64,000 bases of DNA, from NCBI GenBank assembly GCA_977020255.1, contig CDROCS010005599.1, positions 1 to 64,000 of the forward strand, written 5' to 3'. The notes below the pieces were generated by a model. That model made no database searches. It had not been told where the DNA came from and was given only the letters and a program-made list of their open reading frames with translations. Below, piece by piece: positions 40,568 through 52,000 of this stretch (position 1 is the first letter of the stretch; each line of letters starts with the position of its first letter). Made by a program: the position numbers and the translations under genes. The stretch comes from Obrimoposthia wandeli (lineage: Eukaryota).

Positions 40568-40860
40568 CGTCGTAAATTACAGTTAATGCTTGTGGTGATA
40601 AGTGGTTTATCAGGCCTGTGGATAATATTTTTGAGTTGTTTATCCCAGTCAGCGCTTGCAAGCAAGCTCTGACTGGAAATGATCAATAGTCTCTATTGTC
40701 TGTGATAGTCAGTTGATTAATAGCTAAATACCTAAAAATACCTCAAACATGTCTTAAAATAGCGGCCCGTTTTCTCAGTATTGTCACGATATAGGGCATT
40801 ACTTGAACGTTTATCAAGTGATTATTCATCTCATTAGAGCATGTTGGCGGAGGCGCTGTT

Positions 40861-41250
40861 TCAAATGGGCCGATCTATGCTGTGCTCCGTCGGCTGCGGC
40901 GTTATCGTCATGACTTTAACGCCATCGGGGGATTCAAAGCGGTGCCAAATATTTTTTGGCACTACTAATATTTGTCCAGCTGTCAGATCATTACGCTGCT
41001 CTTGATTATTTTCCAGCAAAATTAATGTGGTGTTCCCCGCAAGGACTTGGACGAATTCGTCCCCTTGATGGTGCCTTTCCCATTCGCTAAAGCCCGAATA
41101 ATGGCCGATATACACGCCGCCATCACGGTACTCAGTCAGTATGGCAAACGCATCTTTAGCCTCGTCCTCTGTGGTTGTTGGAGTTCTTCCATTGAGGAAG
41201 GTTGTTTTTGAAAACGCATTGCTAATACTGATAGGCACTGATTTTGGCAT
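40861..41250 (-). CDS. Cupin domain protein
   Basis: WERHHQGDEFVQVLAG and VVPKNIWHRF cupin motifs. Confidence 0.88.
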   Translation of the reverse strand: MPKSVPISISNAFSKTTFLNGRTPTTTEDEAKDAFAILTEYRDGGVYIGHYSGFSEWERHHQGDEFVQVLAGNTTLILLENNQEQRNDLTAGQILVVPKNIWHRFESPDGVKVMTITPQPTEHSIDRPI

Positions 41251-41320
41251 TAAATATTTCCTTTGAATATAAGGCGATAGCCGTTGATTACAGTCACAAC
41301 AACAAAAGAGATTGCTTCAG

Positions 41321-42214
41321 TTAGAAGTACAGGGTGTCTTGGTTTAGCTCACCTAGCAGCCACTGGCGAAACGCAGCTATTTTTTGGCTGTTATCATGGG
41401 GTCTTGTGGTCAACATATAGTAGGTAAATCCTTCTAAGTATTCACCATTGGGGTGCTTTTCAAGCCATCCTTGCTTCAATGCAGTTTGCACTAATAAGGC
41501 ACTAACAAGTGCAATTCCCTGTCCTGCTAAAGTTGCTTGGATTACATGATGTTCTTGATCATAGGATTGTATATTTAAGGTGTGTTTATTGAACTCTTTA
41601 TGTTGAAAATACTGTTGCCATGAGATTGGCTGCAAACTAGGGTTTTTCCACGTTGTTTCTATTAACCTAGCCTTCTCAATCAGAGGAGAGCCTTGGAGGT
41701 ACTGCTTTGTTGCATACATACCAAAATGCTCAGTCACAAGCTTGGTTGCATTTTTTGTGGCTGTATCAAACGGACCATATCTGATCGCTAAATCTATTCG
41801 CCGGTCTTGCTGTAAATCGTCAAGATGCTCGCCTGTTTTGACAACCACGCGAATCTTAGGGTGACGACGGCGAAAACTCTCCAGTTTAGGTACCAGCCAT
41901 TGGGCGGCAAAAGAAGCGGTGGTGCTCACTGTTAGTACCGTTTTATTATCTGATATTTCTTCCAGAACCGCAGCTATTTGCTGTAGAGAATGGTGGGCCA
42001 CCGGCGCAAGCTTTTCTCCCTCTGGTGTGAGTGTGATGGCGCGTGTTTGTCGCTCGAAAAGTAACGTGCCAAGCTTTTCTTCCAGCGTTCGTATTTGGTG
42101 AGAGACTGCTGTGGGAGTTACGTTTAGCTCTAAAGCCGCCGCCTTAAAACTTTTTAATCTCGCCGCTGCATCAAAGACTTTAAAACTATTTAGTTGAGGT
42201 AAATGGGAAAACAT
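41321..42214 (-). CDS. LysR family regulator (GcvA-like)
   Basis: LPQLNSFKVFDAAARLKSFKAAALELNVTPTAVSHQI; likely start 42214. Confidence 0.92.
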   Translation of the reverse strand: MFSHLPQLNSFKVFDAAARLKSFKAAALELNVTPTAVSHQIRTLEEKLGTLLFERQTRAITLTPEGEKLAPVAHHSLQQIAAVLEEISDNKTVLTVSTTASFAAQWLVPKLESFRRRHPKIRVVVKTGEHLDDLQQDRRIDLAIRYGPFDTATKNATKLVTEHFGMYATKQYLQGSPLIEKARLIETTWKNPSLQPISWQQYFQHKEFNKHTLNIQSYDQEHHVIQATLAGQGIALVSALLVQTALKQGWLEKHPNGEYLEGFTYYMLTTRPHDNSQKIAAFRQWLLGELNQDTLYF

Positions 42215-42334
42215 ATATATCCATACAGATGAAATTATCTCATCTATAATCAACTAATGATCGTTTGTCAATGTATTATATTCACGGCAACATCAGGCCT
42301 TCATAAATATATTTCGTATAACCTAGAAGGTCCC

Positions 42335-43015
42335 ATGACAACAATACTCCATTTAGATACCAGTGCACGGACATTAGATAAAACCAGAGCCAATCGCAAT
42401 TCGATATCAAGAACCCTTGCCGGCAGTTTTAGGGAGCAGTGGCATAGTAAGTCACCTACTACTAAATTCATCTATAGAGACCTTGCTGAAAGCCCCCCTG
42501 ACTTTATTAATGAGGCTTGGATTGCGGCAGTCTTTACCCCAGATACAAAAAGGACTGCCGAGCAAAATGGACTCATAGCGCTCTCTGATGAGCTAATCGA
42601 TGAAGTGACCGATGCTGACATCATCTTGCTCTCAACACCTATGTACAATTATGGAATGCCTGCGGTGTTAAAGGCTTGGTTTGACCAAGTGATAAGAGTG
42701 AATAAAACATTCACTTTTGACTTAGCGCGAGGTGATTTTCCACTGCAGCCAACCCTTGGAGGAAAAACGATGATCCTTATCGCCTCTTGCGGTGAATTTG
42801 GTTTTCACCCAGGTGGGATAAGAGAGGCAATGAATCATTTAGGTCCACATATTGAGGTGGCGAGCCAGTATCTTGGTGTAGAAACGTTTCATGAAATTCG
42901 CTGTGAATATCAGGAATTTAATGATCAGCGGCATGCAAAGTCACTTAAAGATGCACATGCTGAAGTGACAAATCTGATTGCGCAGCTGGCTTGCGAAGAT
43001 GTGCCAAGCGTATAG
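42335..43015 (+). CDS. azoR: FMN-dependent NADH-azoreductase/quinone reductase
   Basis: ILHLDTSAR, TPMYNYGMPAVLKAWFDQVIR; likely start 42335. Confidence 0.85.
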   Translation: MTTILHLDTSARTLDKTRANRNSISRTLAGSFREQWHSKSPTTKFIYRDLAESPPDFINEAWIAAVFTPDTKRTAEQNGLIALSDELIDEVTDADIILLSTPMYNYGMPAVLKAWFDQVIRVNKTFTFDLARGDFPLQPTLGGKTMILIASCGEFGFHPGGIREAMNHLGPHIEVASQYLGVETFHEIRCEYQEFNDQRHAKSLKDAHAEVTNLIAQLACEDVPSV

Positions 43016-43271
43016 CTATTTAGTTTGAAGTTGTGGCAGGGAAGTATTGTCTGCCTTTTAGGTGCTTCTTTGGGTGTAAATGCCTATAAAGAATCACTGG
43101 CTGTAGGTGCTTACAAAGAGATAAACGTTGAAGCCAGCGATTAGCTAATGACATTTGCGTCGTTAAATTGGTATGTATAAATAATCAATTATTGGATATT
43201 TATAGAGCGCCAATATTGATATAGATTTGTGGACATTGTTATTAACCACTTTAAAAAGTATGGAGAGAGAT

Positions 43272-43988
43272 ATGGAGAAGGTAAATGCTAATGAACACGG
43301 ACAACCTATAGGGTCAGAAGTAGCCAATTGGAGTCCCCGTTCTTATCCACCTAAAACGCCAATGATTGGCCGCTATTGTGACGTTGTTGCTTTAGATTTT
43401 GATCAACATGCACAAGCATTATTTAACGTTTACTGTGAAGATAACAAAGGGATAAATTGGACCTACCTTTTTTCAGAGCCGCATAATGATTTCGATGGGT
43501 TTAAGCAGTGGCTAACCGATACATGCTTGGGTGCAGACCCGCTTTTTCACGTTGTCATAGACAAGTCTGATGGTAAAGCGGTTGGAATGGCTTCCTTTAT
43601 GCGAATAGAGCCTGCTATAGGTGTCATTGAGGTGGGAAATATTCACTTTTCATCACGGCTGCAAAGAACACCGCTATCAACAGAAGCTATGTTTTTAATG
43701 ATGCAACGTGTCTTTGATGAGCTTGGGTATAGGCGTTATGAGTGGAAATGCGATAACTTAAATGCGCCCTCAAAAAAGACAGCCAATAGATTGGGCTTTA
43801 CTTTTGAAGGCGTATTCAGGCAAGCGCTTATATATAAAAACAGGAATAGAGATACAGCATGGTTTTCTATCATCGACACAGAATGGCCACAGCAAAAAGA
43901 TGCTTTTGAACGATGGCTTTCAGCTGATAATTTTGATCAGGATGGCCTCCAAATGCAGAGCCTACAAGGTTTTTATACTAGCAGTTAG
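43272..43988 (+). CDS. GNAT acetyltransferase (RimJ/RimL-like)
   Basis: GVIEVGNI, GYRRYEWKCDNLN, RLGFTFEGVFRQ, RNRDTAWFS. Confidence 0.9.
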   Translation: MEKVNANEHGQPIGSEVANWSPRSYPPKTPMIGRYCDVVALDFDQHAQALFNVYCEDNKGINWTYLFSEPHNDFDGFKQWLTDTCLGADPLFHVVIDKSDGKAVGMASFMRIEPAIGVIEVGNIHFSSRLQRTPLSTEAMFLMMQRVFDELGYRRYEWKCDNLNAPSKKTANRLGFTFEGVFRQALIYKNRNRDTAWFSIIDTEWPQQKDAFERWLSADNFDQDGLQMQSLQGFYTSS

Positions 43989-44064
43989 TGCGCATTAATT
44001 TGACAAGTGATAACCAACAACTGTCAGTATAAATATGGTTTTCGGGTAATTGAAGTGTAGGGAC

Positions 44065-44679
44065 ATGTATATGCTAGCAGCATTTTTGCAGTTAGGTTTA
44101 ATGGCAGTTTTATTGATAGGTGCGCCTGGACCCGCAGCGATGGCGCTTATTGCGACAGGCTCCTCTAGCCGTTTTCGCCAAGGGCTGCCCTTAATTATCG
44201 GTTTAGTTGTAGGCGTTCTCTTAACTGGCCTATTAACTAATATTGGAATGTCAGCTCTATTAAGTCGTTGGCCAGATGCACGATTAATCATGCAGATTAT
44301 CGGCGCTGTGTTTATTCTCATTATGGCGATAAAACTAATTCGTCCGCCTCCCATAGGAGCTCTTGATACAACTCAGATTGTATTTGGGTTTAAATCTGGG
44401 GTTTTGATGAATATTCTCAATCCTAAAGCTTACGCCGTGTTTATGTTACTTATCTCCAAATTCATGCCAGCGTTAAGCACAAAGCTTTTATCAATCATCA
44501 TGCTTGAAATGGTAACGTCGCTCGCAACGATTACTGTCGGTTTTGGATGGTTGCTCGTTGGTCGGTTTTTAGGACGTATCGCCAATAGCTCTAATGGGGA
44601 GAAATACATTCGATTTATCTCGGCTGGATTAATGATAGTTTTTGTTATGCCAATCATTATCTCTATGCCTAGTCATTAA
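44065..44679 (+). CDS. LysE/RhtB family translocator
   Basis: APGPA motif and G..MNILNPKAY; six hydrophobic segments. Confidence 0.88.
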   Translation: MYMLAAFLQLGLMAVLLIGAPGPAAMALIATGSSSRFRQGLPLIIGLVVGVLLTGLLTNIGMSALLSRWPDARLIMQIIGAVFILIMAIKLIRPPPIGALDTTQIVFGFKSGVLMNILNPKAYAVFMLLISKFMPALSTKLLSIIMLEMVTSLATITVGFGWLLVGRFLGRIANSSNGEKYIRFISAGLMIVFVMPIIISMPSH

Positions 44680-45095
44680 TTTAAGGCGTTATAAATAGAT
44701 AATGCTTATGGTTAATAGTGGATTAGCTTTTATATGTATTTCAGTGGCGAGTTAATCAAGATTAAATAACGATATCACAGTAATCGGCATTAAGTGTTGT
44801 TACCGGAATAAAAGAACTGGCATTATTGGCGTAAAATTGTGCAGGGCCTTTTCGCCTTCCATAAAAGGTAACAATGCTGATATATTTTTAAAAATATTAC
44901 CATTGTTAGCTGTGGCGACGGAGTGAAAATGGCAATAAGTTACGTCAGAATTTCTCAAAAATTATGCAGGTAAAAAGCTATCGAGTAAGAATCATAAAAG
45001 TAATCATGTATTATATATACGGCAGCTAGATGAGACCAAACTAGCCACCACGTCATAATTACTTAGCGGCAGGTGTGTATCGCAGGTACGGATGT

Positions 45096-46040
45096 TTAAG
45101 ATATCTTCTCATATTTAGATGAATTTCTTCCTTGTTGCTTTACCGCGTACAATAAACGATCAGCTTCATTCAAAATGGTTGACAAATCAAGTCTCAAATT
45201 TGGCGTTACATTAACGGCGCCAACACTGATAGATAAGTTCTCAGATACATCACTACTCTTGTTTTCTAAGTTTAAGCTCAGTACTCGCTCTGTCATTTCA
45301 TTTAAAACAGACTGTATGTCAATTTTCCCAGCATTAGGAAAATAAAAATAAAACTCCTCACCGCCACAACGATAGACTTCGCCATTATACTCATATAGAC
45401 ACCGTTTTAAGACGCTAGAAATCAGTCTTAAAGCAGTGTCGCCCTTCTGGTGACCATAAGTATCATTATATCCTTTAAAGTAGTCGATATCACAAATACC
45501 AAATACTAGTGAGGTTTTCGTTATTTTAGCTTCTTGCCATATCAAAGCAGAATCTAGATCCCATTTTCTTCTATTTGCTAACTCAGTCAGGCTATCAATA
45601 TTCGCAATGCGCTCTAATAGCTTTCTTTGACGCACCAGTTCTATGTGTGTATTGACACGAGCTTTGACAATACTGTGATGAAAAGGTTTTTGTATATAAT
45701 CGCAACCACCAAGTAAAAGTCCTTTCTCTTCATCTTCTACACTCTGTAGCCCTGATATAAAAATAACAGGAATATGATTAATAGTGGGATTGTTTTTCAA
45801 TTCTACAATCATTTCAAATCCAGTCATGCTCGGCATTATTACATCTAGTATAATAAGGTCAGGTTGTAATTCGACTGCTTTTGATAAGCCTGCATAAGCA
45901 GATTTAGCTAAAAAAATAGTATAGTCTTGGCTAAGTATAGAGCTTAATACTTTTAAATTATAACTTTCATCGTCAATACAGAGAATACTGAACTCTAATT
46001 CACTGCCTCTGCGTTTTTTAATTATATCGCCGCTATTCAT
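45096..46040 (-). CDS. Response regulator diguanylate cyclase (REC-GGEEF)
   Basis: REC with LDVIMP; DIDYFKGYNDTYGH and RCGGEEF; no RxxD I-site; starts 1 nt after the hybrid kinase stop. Confidence 0.93.
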   Translation of the reverse strand: MNSGDIIKKRRGSELEFSILCIDDESYNLKVLSSILSQDYTIFLAKSAYAGLSKAVELQPDLIILDVIMPSMTGFEMIVELKNNPTINHIPVIFISGLQSVEDEEKGLLLGGCDYIQKPFHHSIVKARVNTHIELVRQRKLLERIANIDSLTELANRRKWDLDSALIWQEAKITKTSLVFGICDIDYFKGYNDTYGHQKGDTALRLISSVLKRCLYEYNGEVYRCGGEEFYFYFPNAGKIDIQSVLNEMTERVLSLNLENKSSDVSENLSISVGAVNVTPNLRLDLSTILNEADRLLYAVKQQGRNSSKYEKIS

Positions 46041-46041
46041 T

Positions 46042-49000
46042 CTATCTTCCGATTATTGATTTTTCTAAGTTATCTAGTTCTACAGTAGCTGATTCAAATT
46101 CAAAATCACAAATCAAATAATGCACATTACTAATTTGCTTTTCATACACAGTGCCTCTAGATAAATCATGTAATGACCATGAAACGCTTTCAGAAGCCGC
46201 TTCAGCTCTCGCTAATAATAGTCTAAGTTGATTGATTAATAGTATAGCAGCTGGGTAATTTAATATTTTATCAATTTCACTTTTTTCTGTTTTTGCGAAC
46301 AAAGGTGATAATTGAGAAATTATTGAATATAGCTCTGATAATAAATCAGATACTTGGATGGGGGTTATTTTCTGATGTTTAGTAGACTCTTGCAAAACTG
46401 ACGCATATTGCGCTAATTTGTTTGCTCCAATATATTGCGCTGTAGATTTCAGAGAATGAGTGATTAAAAATAATTCATCATATTCATTCGCATCTAAATA
46501 TTTTTCTATTTTTTCATATAAACACTTATTCTTAGTCCAAAAATCTTTAACTAGTGACAAATAAAGACTCGCTTTATTCTGTAATCTATAGATTGATTTG
46601 TCTACTTCTAATTGCTCTATATTATAAAGATATTCAAGAGTTTTTTTCTCTATCTCTAATGTTTCAAAGTCGACTAAAACAGGAGGTCTCTCTAATTTTT
46701 TTTCTATGTTTAATAATTTAGCCAATGTGTGATATAAAATATCTGGATCAATCGGTTTTGTTATATGGGCATTCATACCGGAATCAAAACTTAATTCTAC
46801 ATCACTTCGTAAAGCATGTGCTGTCATTGCTATAATAGGTAATTGTTCTTTATTAAAGTTTTTTCTTATTTCTTGCGTAGCAGTGATACCATCCATAACA
46901 GGCATTTGAATATCCATGAGGATACAGTCAAAACTACTTTGTTCTACTTTATGTATAGCCTCTCTACCATTTTCTGCGATAGTGACATTAATCATGGTGT
47001 CCATTAAAAAGCCTTGAGCAACTTGTTGATTAATTTCATTATCTTCTACCAATAATAGGTGGTAATCACTTAAATCAGGAGGAGTAACCTCTTCCTTTAA
47101 TGTAGTCGTAGCTAAACGGGTATCTTTTTTACCAAACATTAGTACATTGATATTATCTATTAATGAAGAGGCATTTAATGGCTTTTCTATAAAACTTTTA
47201 ATCTCAGTGTTACTTGCCAAGGCCATTGCTTCATTTTTATCATATGCCGATATCATAAGCATGAAAGGTGTTGCTCGATTAGACTTCGCTGTTATTTTTT
47301 TACATGTCTCTATACCGTCTAACTGTGGCATTTTCCAATCCATGATAACCAAATCAAAAGGCTCATCAATTTCATCGGCTATTTCAAATCGTCTAATTGC
47401 TGCAAGACCGCTGGTTTCACTTTTAGCTGAAATTCCGAATGATGAGAGTACATCCAATATGACTTGTATTGCTGTTTCATTGTCATCTACGACTAATACA
47501 TTCAAGTTACTTAACAGTGCTAGATCAATATATTCGGTACTATCAGCGACTATATTTGCTGGTCTAAATATAGCATTAAACGTAAAACAAGAACCTTTAT
47601 CTTTAATACTAGTTGCCCGTAATTCGCCGCCCATTAATTGAGCTAGCTCTTTACTAATAGCAAGGCCTAAACCCGTACCACCGTATTTTCTTGTGGTGGA
47701 AGCATCCACCTGATAAAAAGAAGAGAATAGCCTTTTTTGTTCTTCTTCTCCTATACCGATACCTGTATCCATTATCTCGAACACAAGATCATGACCTTGA
47801 TCTACAGAGGGCCCAGAATGTATTGAAATTTTGATAAAGCCTTCATCGGTAAATTTAACTGCATTATTTATTAAATTAACCAATATTTGTTGAAGTCTTA
47901 AAGGGTCACCAATAAGTAGCATAGGGATGCTACGATCAACCTCTATAATGAATTCTAGGTCTTTCTCATATATAATTTGTCCGCAAATAGCGGTTACTTT
48001 CTGTAAAACATCATCTAAATTAAATTTTATTCTTTCGAGAGATAATTTATGCGCTTCTATTTTTGAAAAGTCCAGAATATTATTAATCAAACTTAATAGG
48101 GAATCAGATGAATCAGATACTTTACTAACAAGGCTTTGCTGCTCTATAGACAAAGGTGTTCTTTTAAGAAGTCTATTTAGGCCTATAACTGCATTCATCG
48201 GTGTACGTATTTCATGACTCATATTCGCTAAGAAGTTTGACTTAGCGATCGTTGATTCTTCAGCCTTTAACTTAGCAGAGGCTAACGCTTCTGTTCTTGC
48301 TATTACTCTCTTTTCTAAACTTTGATATAAAAAGGCATGTGAAAGCGATATAGCTGCCTGAGATGCTATAACATTCAATAATGAAATATGCTCTTGACTG
48401 AATGCATTTTCAATTAAGTCATTTTCTAAGTAGACAACGGCTATCATGTTACCCTGATGAATAACCGGTAATCCAGCGACTGTTAAAGGTGACTTACGCT
48501 GAAAATAAACATCATGATAAAATTCAGTGTGTTCAAAAGGTCTGTTAATAATACATAGTTCTTGTGAATCAATGACGCGTTTAACGATACTTTCGGGGAT
48601 TTTTTGTTTTGTAGCTGCATCGATCAACGGTTGATGTAATAACACGCCAATATGATCTTTGTCACCAGCAGCTTCAAGCCATAATTCTTTATTAATATCG
48701 TTTGTTTGTATCAATGCACCCCAGCCAGCGCCCGCATTTTTCAACAAAATAAACATCAGTTTCTCTAATAAGCTATCTAAGTGTATTTCACTAGAAATCA
48801 AAAGATTGATGTCTTGAACCGTTTGTAAGTTTATCGAGTCTTGTGGCTTATAAATTTTATTAAAAGAGTGATCGTCAATAAAATTAATATTTGACCAATA
48901 TTCTCTTAGTTGCTGTAGTTTAGTAATAGCACCCCACTGTCGGTATTCTTGATATGAAACAGTGATGAAGGTTTTAGCTAATACATATTTATTTTTAGCA

Positions 49001-52000
49001 TGCCAATAGTTAGCAAAACATTCATTGCAGATGGCCAATATATTATTAAAACCGCTATTGGACGCTTCTTCTATGGCTCTGCTATATAAATCAATTATTT
49101 GAGTGTCATTACCACACACTCTGTCCGACTCTGCTTTTAAAAGTAAGTATTTATGCAGATAATTGTGTGGGCAAGCTTCAGACCACTCTTCGAACATTGC
49201 CAGCTTAGCCTGTGATAGTAGAAATAATGGATCATTTTCGTTATCAGCAAACCTTAAAGCAATGAGTGCTGCGAAAAAAGTAGACTCTGGTATTTTATTT
49301 TGACCTGGTACTGATGCCGAGATTAGTTCTGCCTTTTCCAATAAAGATAATTGTATATTTTTCGACGAGTTGGTTAAATATGCATGTCGTAATTTAGCAT
49401 TATAAAAATAGCCTAAATGTAATGGAGCATGTTCATAGTTTTTAAGAAAAATATTTTCGTTGAAGTCATCATCATCAAAACTATCTAAAGAATGGGTCAA
49501 ACCCAATAAGGCCTTAACTGATTGTAGTGCGCCAACTGTAACGCAGTCTTTCATATCTAACTGCTTATGTTTACTTAATAATTGAATATCATCTGTCAAT
49601 GTTTCATGTACGGATTGTAGTTTTTCGCCTAATGCTAATGTATCACTACCTCTCACAGCACATATATAACCAAGTGTGGCTAAGTCACCAGACTGTAATG
49701 CAAGGTCATAGCTCATATTATAGTAAGGAACTGTTTTTTGTAGCGGATGATTCCAATGCTGAGTAAATGTCGCGTATAAAAAGTATGTGCTTGCTTTAAT
49801 CAGTTTGTTTTTTCTATTCTCAGCCAGTTTAACCGCAAGTAATCCAAATTTGTCCGCTTGTTTATAACGATTATATACGCTGATAATTGCTAATGAATAA
49901 TTAACATAGGCGAAAGGAGATATATCATCATGGCCATGCTCTAAAGAAAGCTGTGTCATTATAATAGTGGATAGTAAGTTCAGAGGAGTTTTACCGCTAA
50001 GATAGCTAGCGTACCACATTCCCATTAAGAGTTTCATTGCCGCTTTTTGGTTATCATTTTCCATTGAACTATGATCTATCAAATCATCAATATTATGGGT
50101 TGATATGAAACTATCTATTGATTTAAACCCTTCCATGAACTGTGCTTCAATCTCTGTTGTATCATCTGGTATTCGTATGCTCAAAACGCCAAGGCCTTTC
50201 TTTTGTAAGGCTATAGCCTCAGCGAATCGCCCTTGAATTTGATACTGAGCAGTTTGAATAGCAATCACTGATACGATTTCTAACGCAGTATTGGCCACTT
50301 TCATTGCTTGTATATACAGTTTCTCAGCTAGCTCAAAATCACCGATTAAATAACTTACCTCCGCCAGTGTATTAAACACATCCAAGCGACGATAGTCTAA
50401 ATCCTCACACGAAAACTGATAAACATTAAGCATAGTTTTTTGTGCATACGTAAAGGCGGTTGATCTTTTCGCTTTACGGGCAGCCAGCAGATTAAGATCA
50501 ACAAGTACCTTCTTTTCATTGATGCTGGCATAATATTTACCTGCATTCAGTTGATCTGTAATTTCGAATATATTACTTTCTAGATTTTCTTTGAGAGTAC
50601 CTTTTAATAATCTCATACCAAACTGCCATTTGAATTCCGCCAAATGCTCTTGTGGAATTAATTGGAAGGCAGCTTGTTGTACTCTATCGTGAAGGAACAT
50701 AAAACTTGCCTGTGATAGCAAGTCTTCACTGCTCGAAAATCTGTAGTTTTCATTCACTGGAAGAATATAACCGTTTGATATCATCGGCCATAATCGTTTA
50801 TAAACGTCTTGTAAACCAAGGTGGGCAACTTTTTGTAACTTTTCCAATGAAAATTGGTTACCTAAATTAGCCGCAAGCTTTAAAATTTCCAAGCTTTCAT
50901 TCGAAAATTTCTTCAACTTATCAATCATAAGATCCACAATGTTCGAAGTAACATTTACCACGTCTATTGCTTGTTGATCCCAGTGCCAAGCACCTTTTTC
51001 ATAGGAATAAAAAATATATCCCTCTTCATTTAGCATTGTAATGAACTGATTAACGTAAAATGGATTTCCCTGTGTCTTTTTAATACAAGTAGCGGCAAGC
51101 GGCTCGGCTTGATCTAATGTTAACCATAAACTATCAGCTAGTAATCTTTTAATGTCTTGTAAGTTAAGTGGATGTAAATGAATTTCACCGAACTTTATTT
51201 TTTTTGATTTTAAATCTCGAATGATTTTTGATAATAAATGTGTTTCATCTATTTCATTATCTCGATAGGTGCCAATTATCATTAAATAAGAATTTTGATC
51301 AAGCAGTTCGTTTATCAATCTAAGGGAGGCGGTATCTGCCCATTGCAAATCATCTAAGAAAATGACTAAAGGATTATTTTGCGAGGTGAATGCGTTGACA
51401 AATTTAACAAATGTCATCATGAACTGGCGGTCACTTACTAGGGTATTCTGCTCTGGGGATGTTGTAATTTTTGTATCAAAAAAAGGTGCTAACTCGGGGA
51501 CTAATTCTGTTAATAGAGTAAAGTTTTCACCTATTTTGGTTTGAAAAATATCTCTCCACTTGTTTTGTTGATCATTTTGTAAATTTGAAATTTGCCGCAG
51601 TAGTAAGCGTAAGGCTTGTGAAAAAACATAAAATGGTTGATCCGTACTAAATTGTTCGCATTTGCCGGAGGTGAATAGCCCTTTGTTTTCACTGATTTTC
51701 TTTTGTGCTTCTTTTATAAGTGCCGATTTTCCTACGCCAGAATAACCACTGACGAGAACAATTTTATTTTGTCCAGAGGCTACTATTTGAAATCCGTCCA
51801 TTAACTGCGATATTTGTTTTTCTCTACCGTATAGTTTTCTTGATAACTGTAATTTTTCAGGTGAATCTTCTTGCCCTATATCGAAATGCGATATTTCGCT
51901 CGTTTCCAGCCATTCTTTTTCTATTCGTTTGAGATCCTGTAGTAGACCAAAACTACTTTGATAGCGATTATTTGGAGATTTTTCTAGCAAACGAGCAACT

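Noticed and set aside
40589-40631. Possible fourth copy of the 51-nt regulon element (contains TAATATTTT)
   Set aside because: Lacks the upstream TGYAT-N2-G-N8-AT box and the downstream ATGC.
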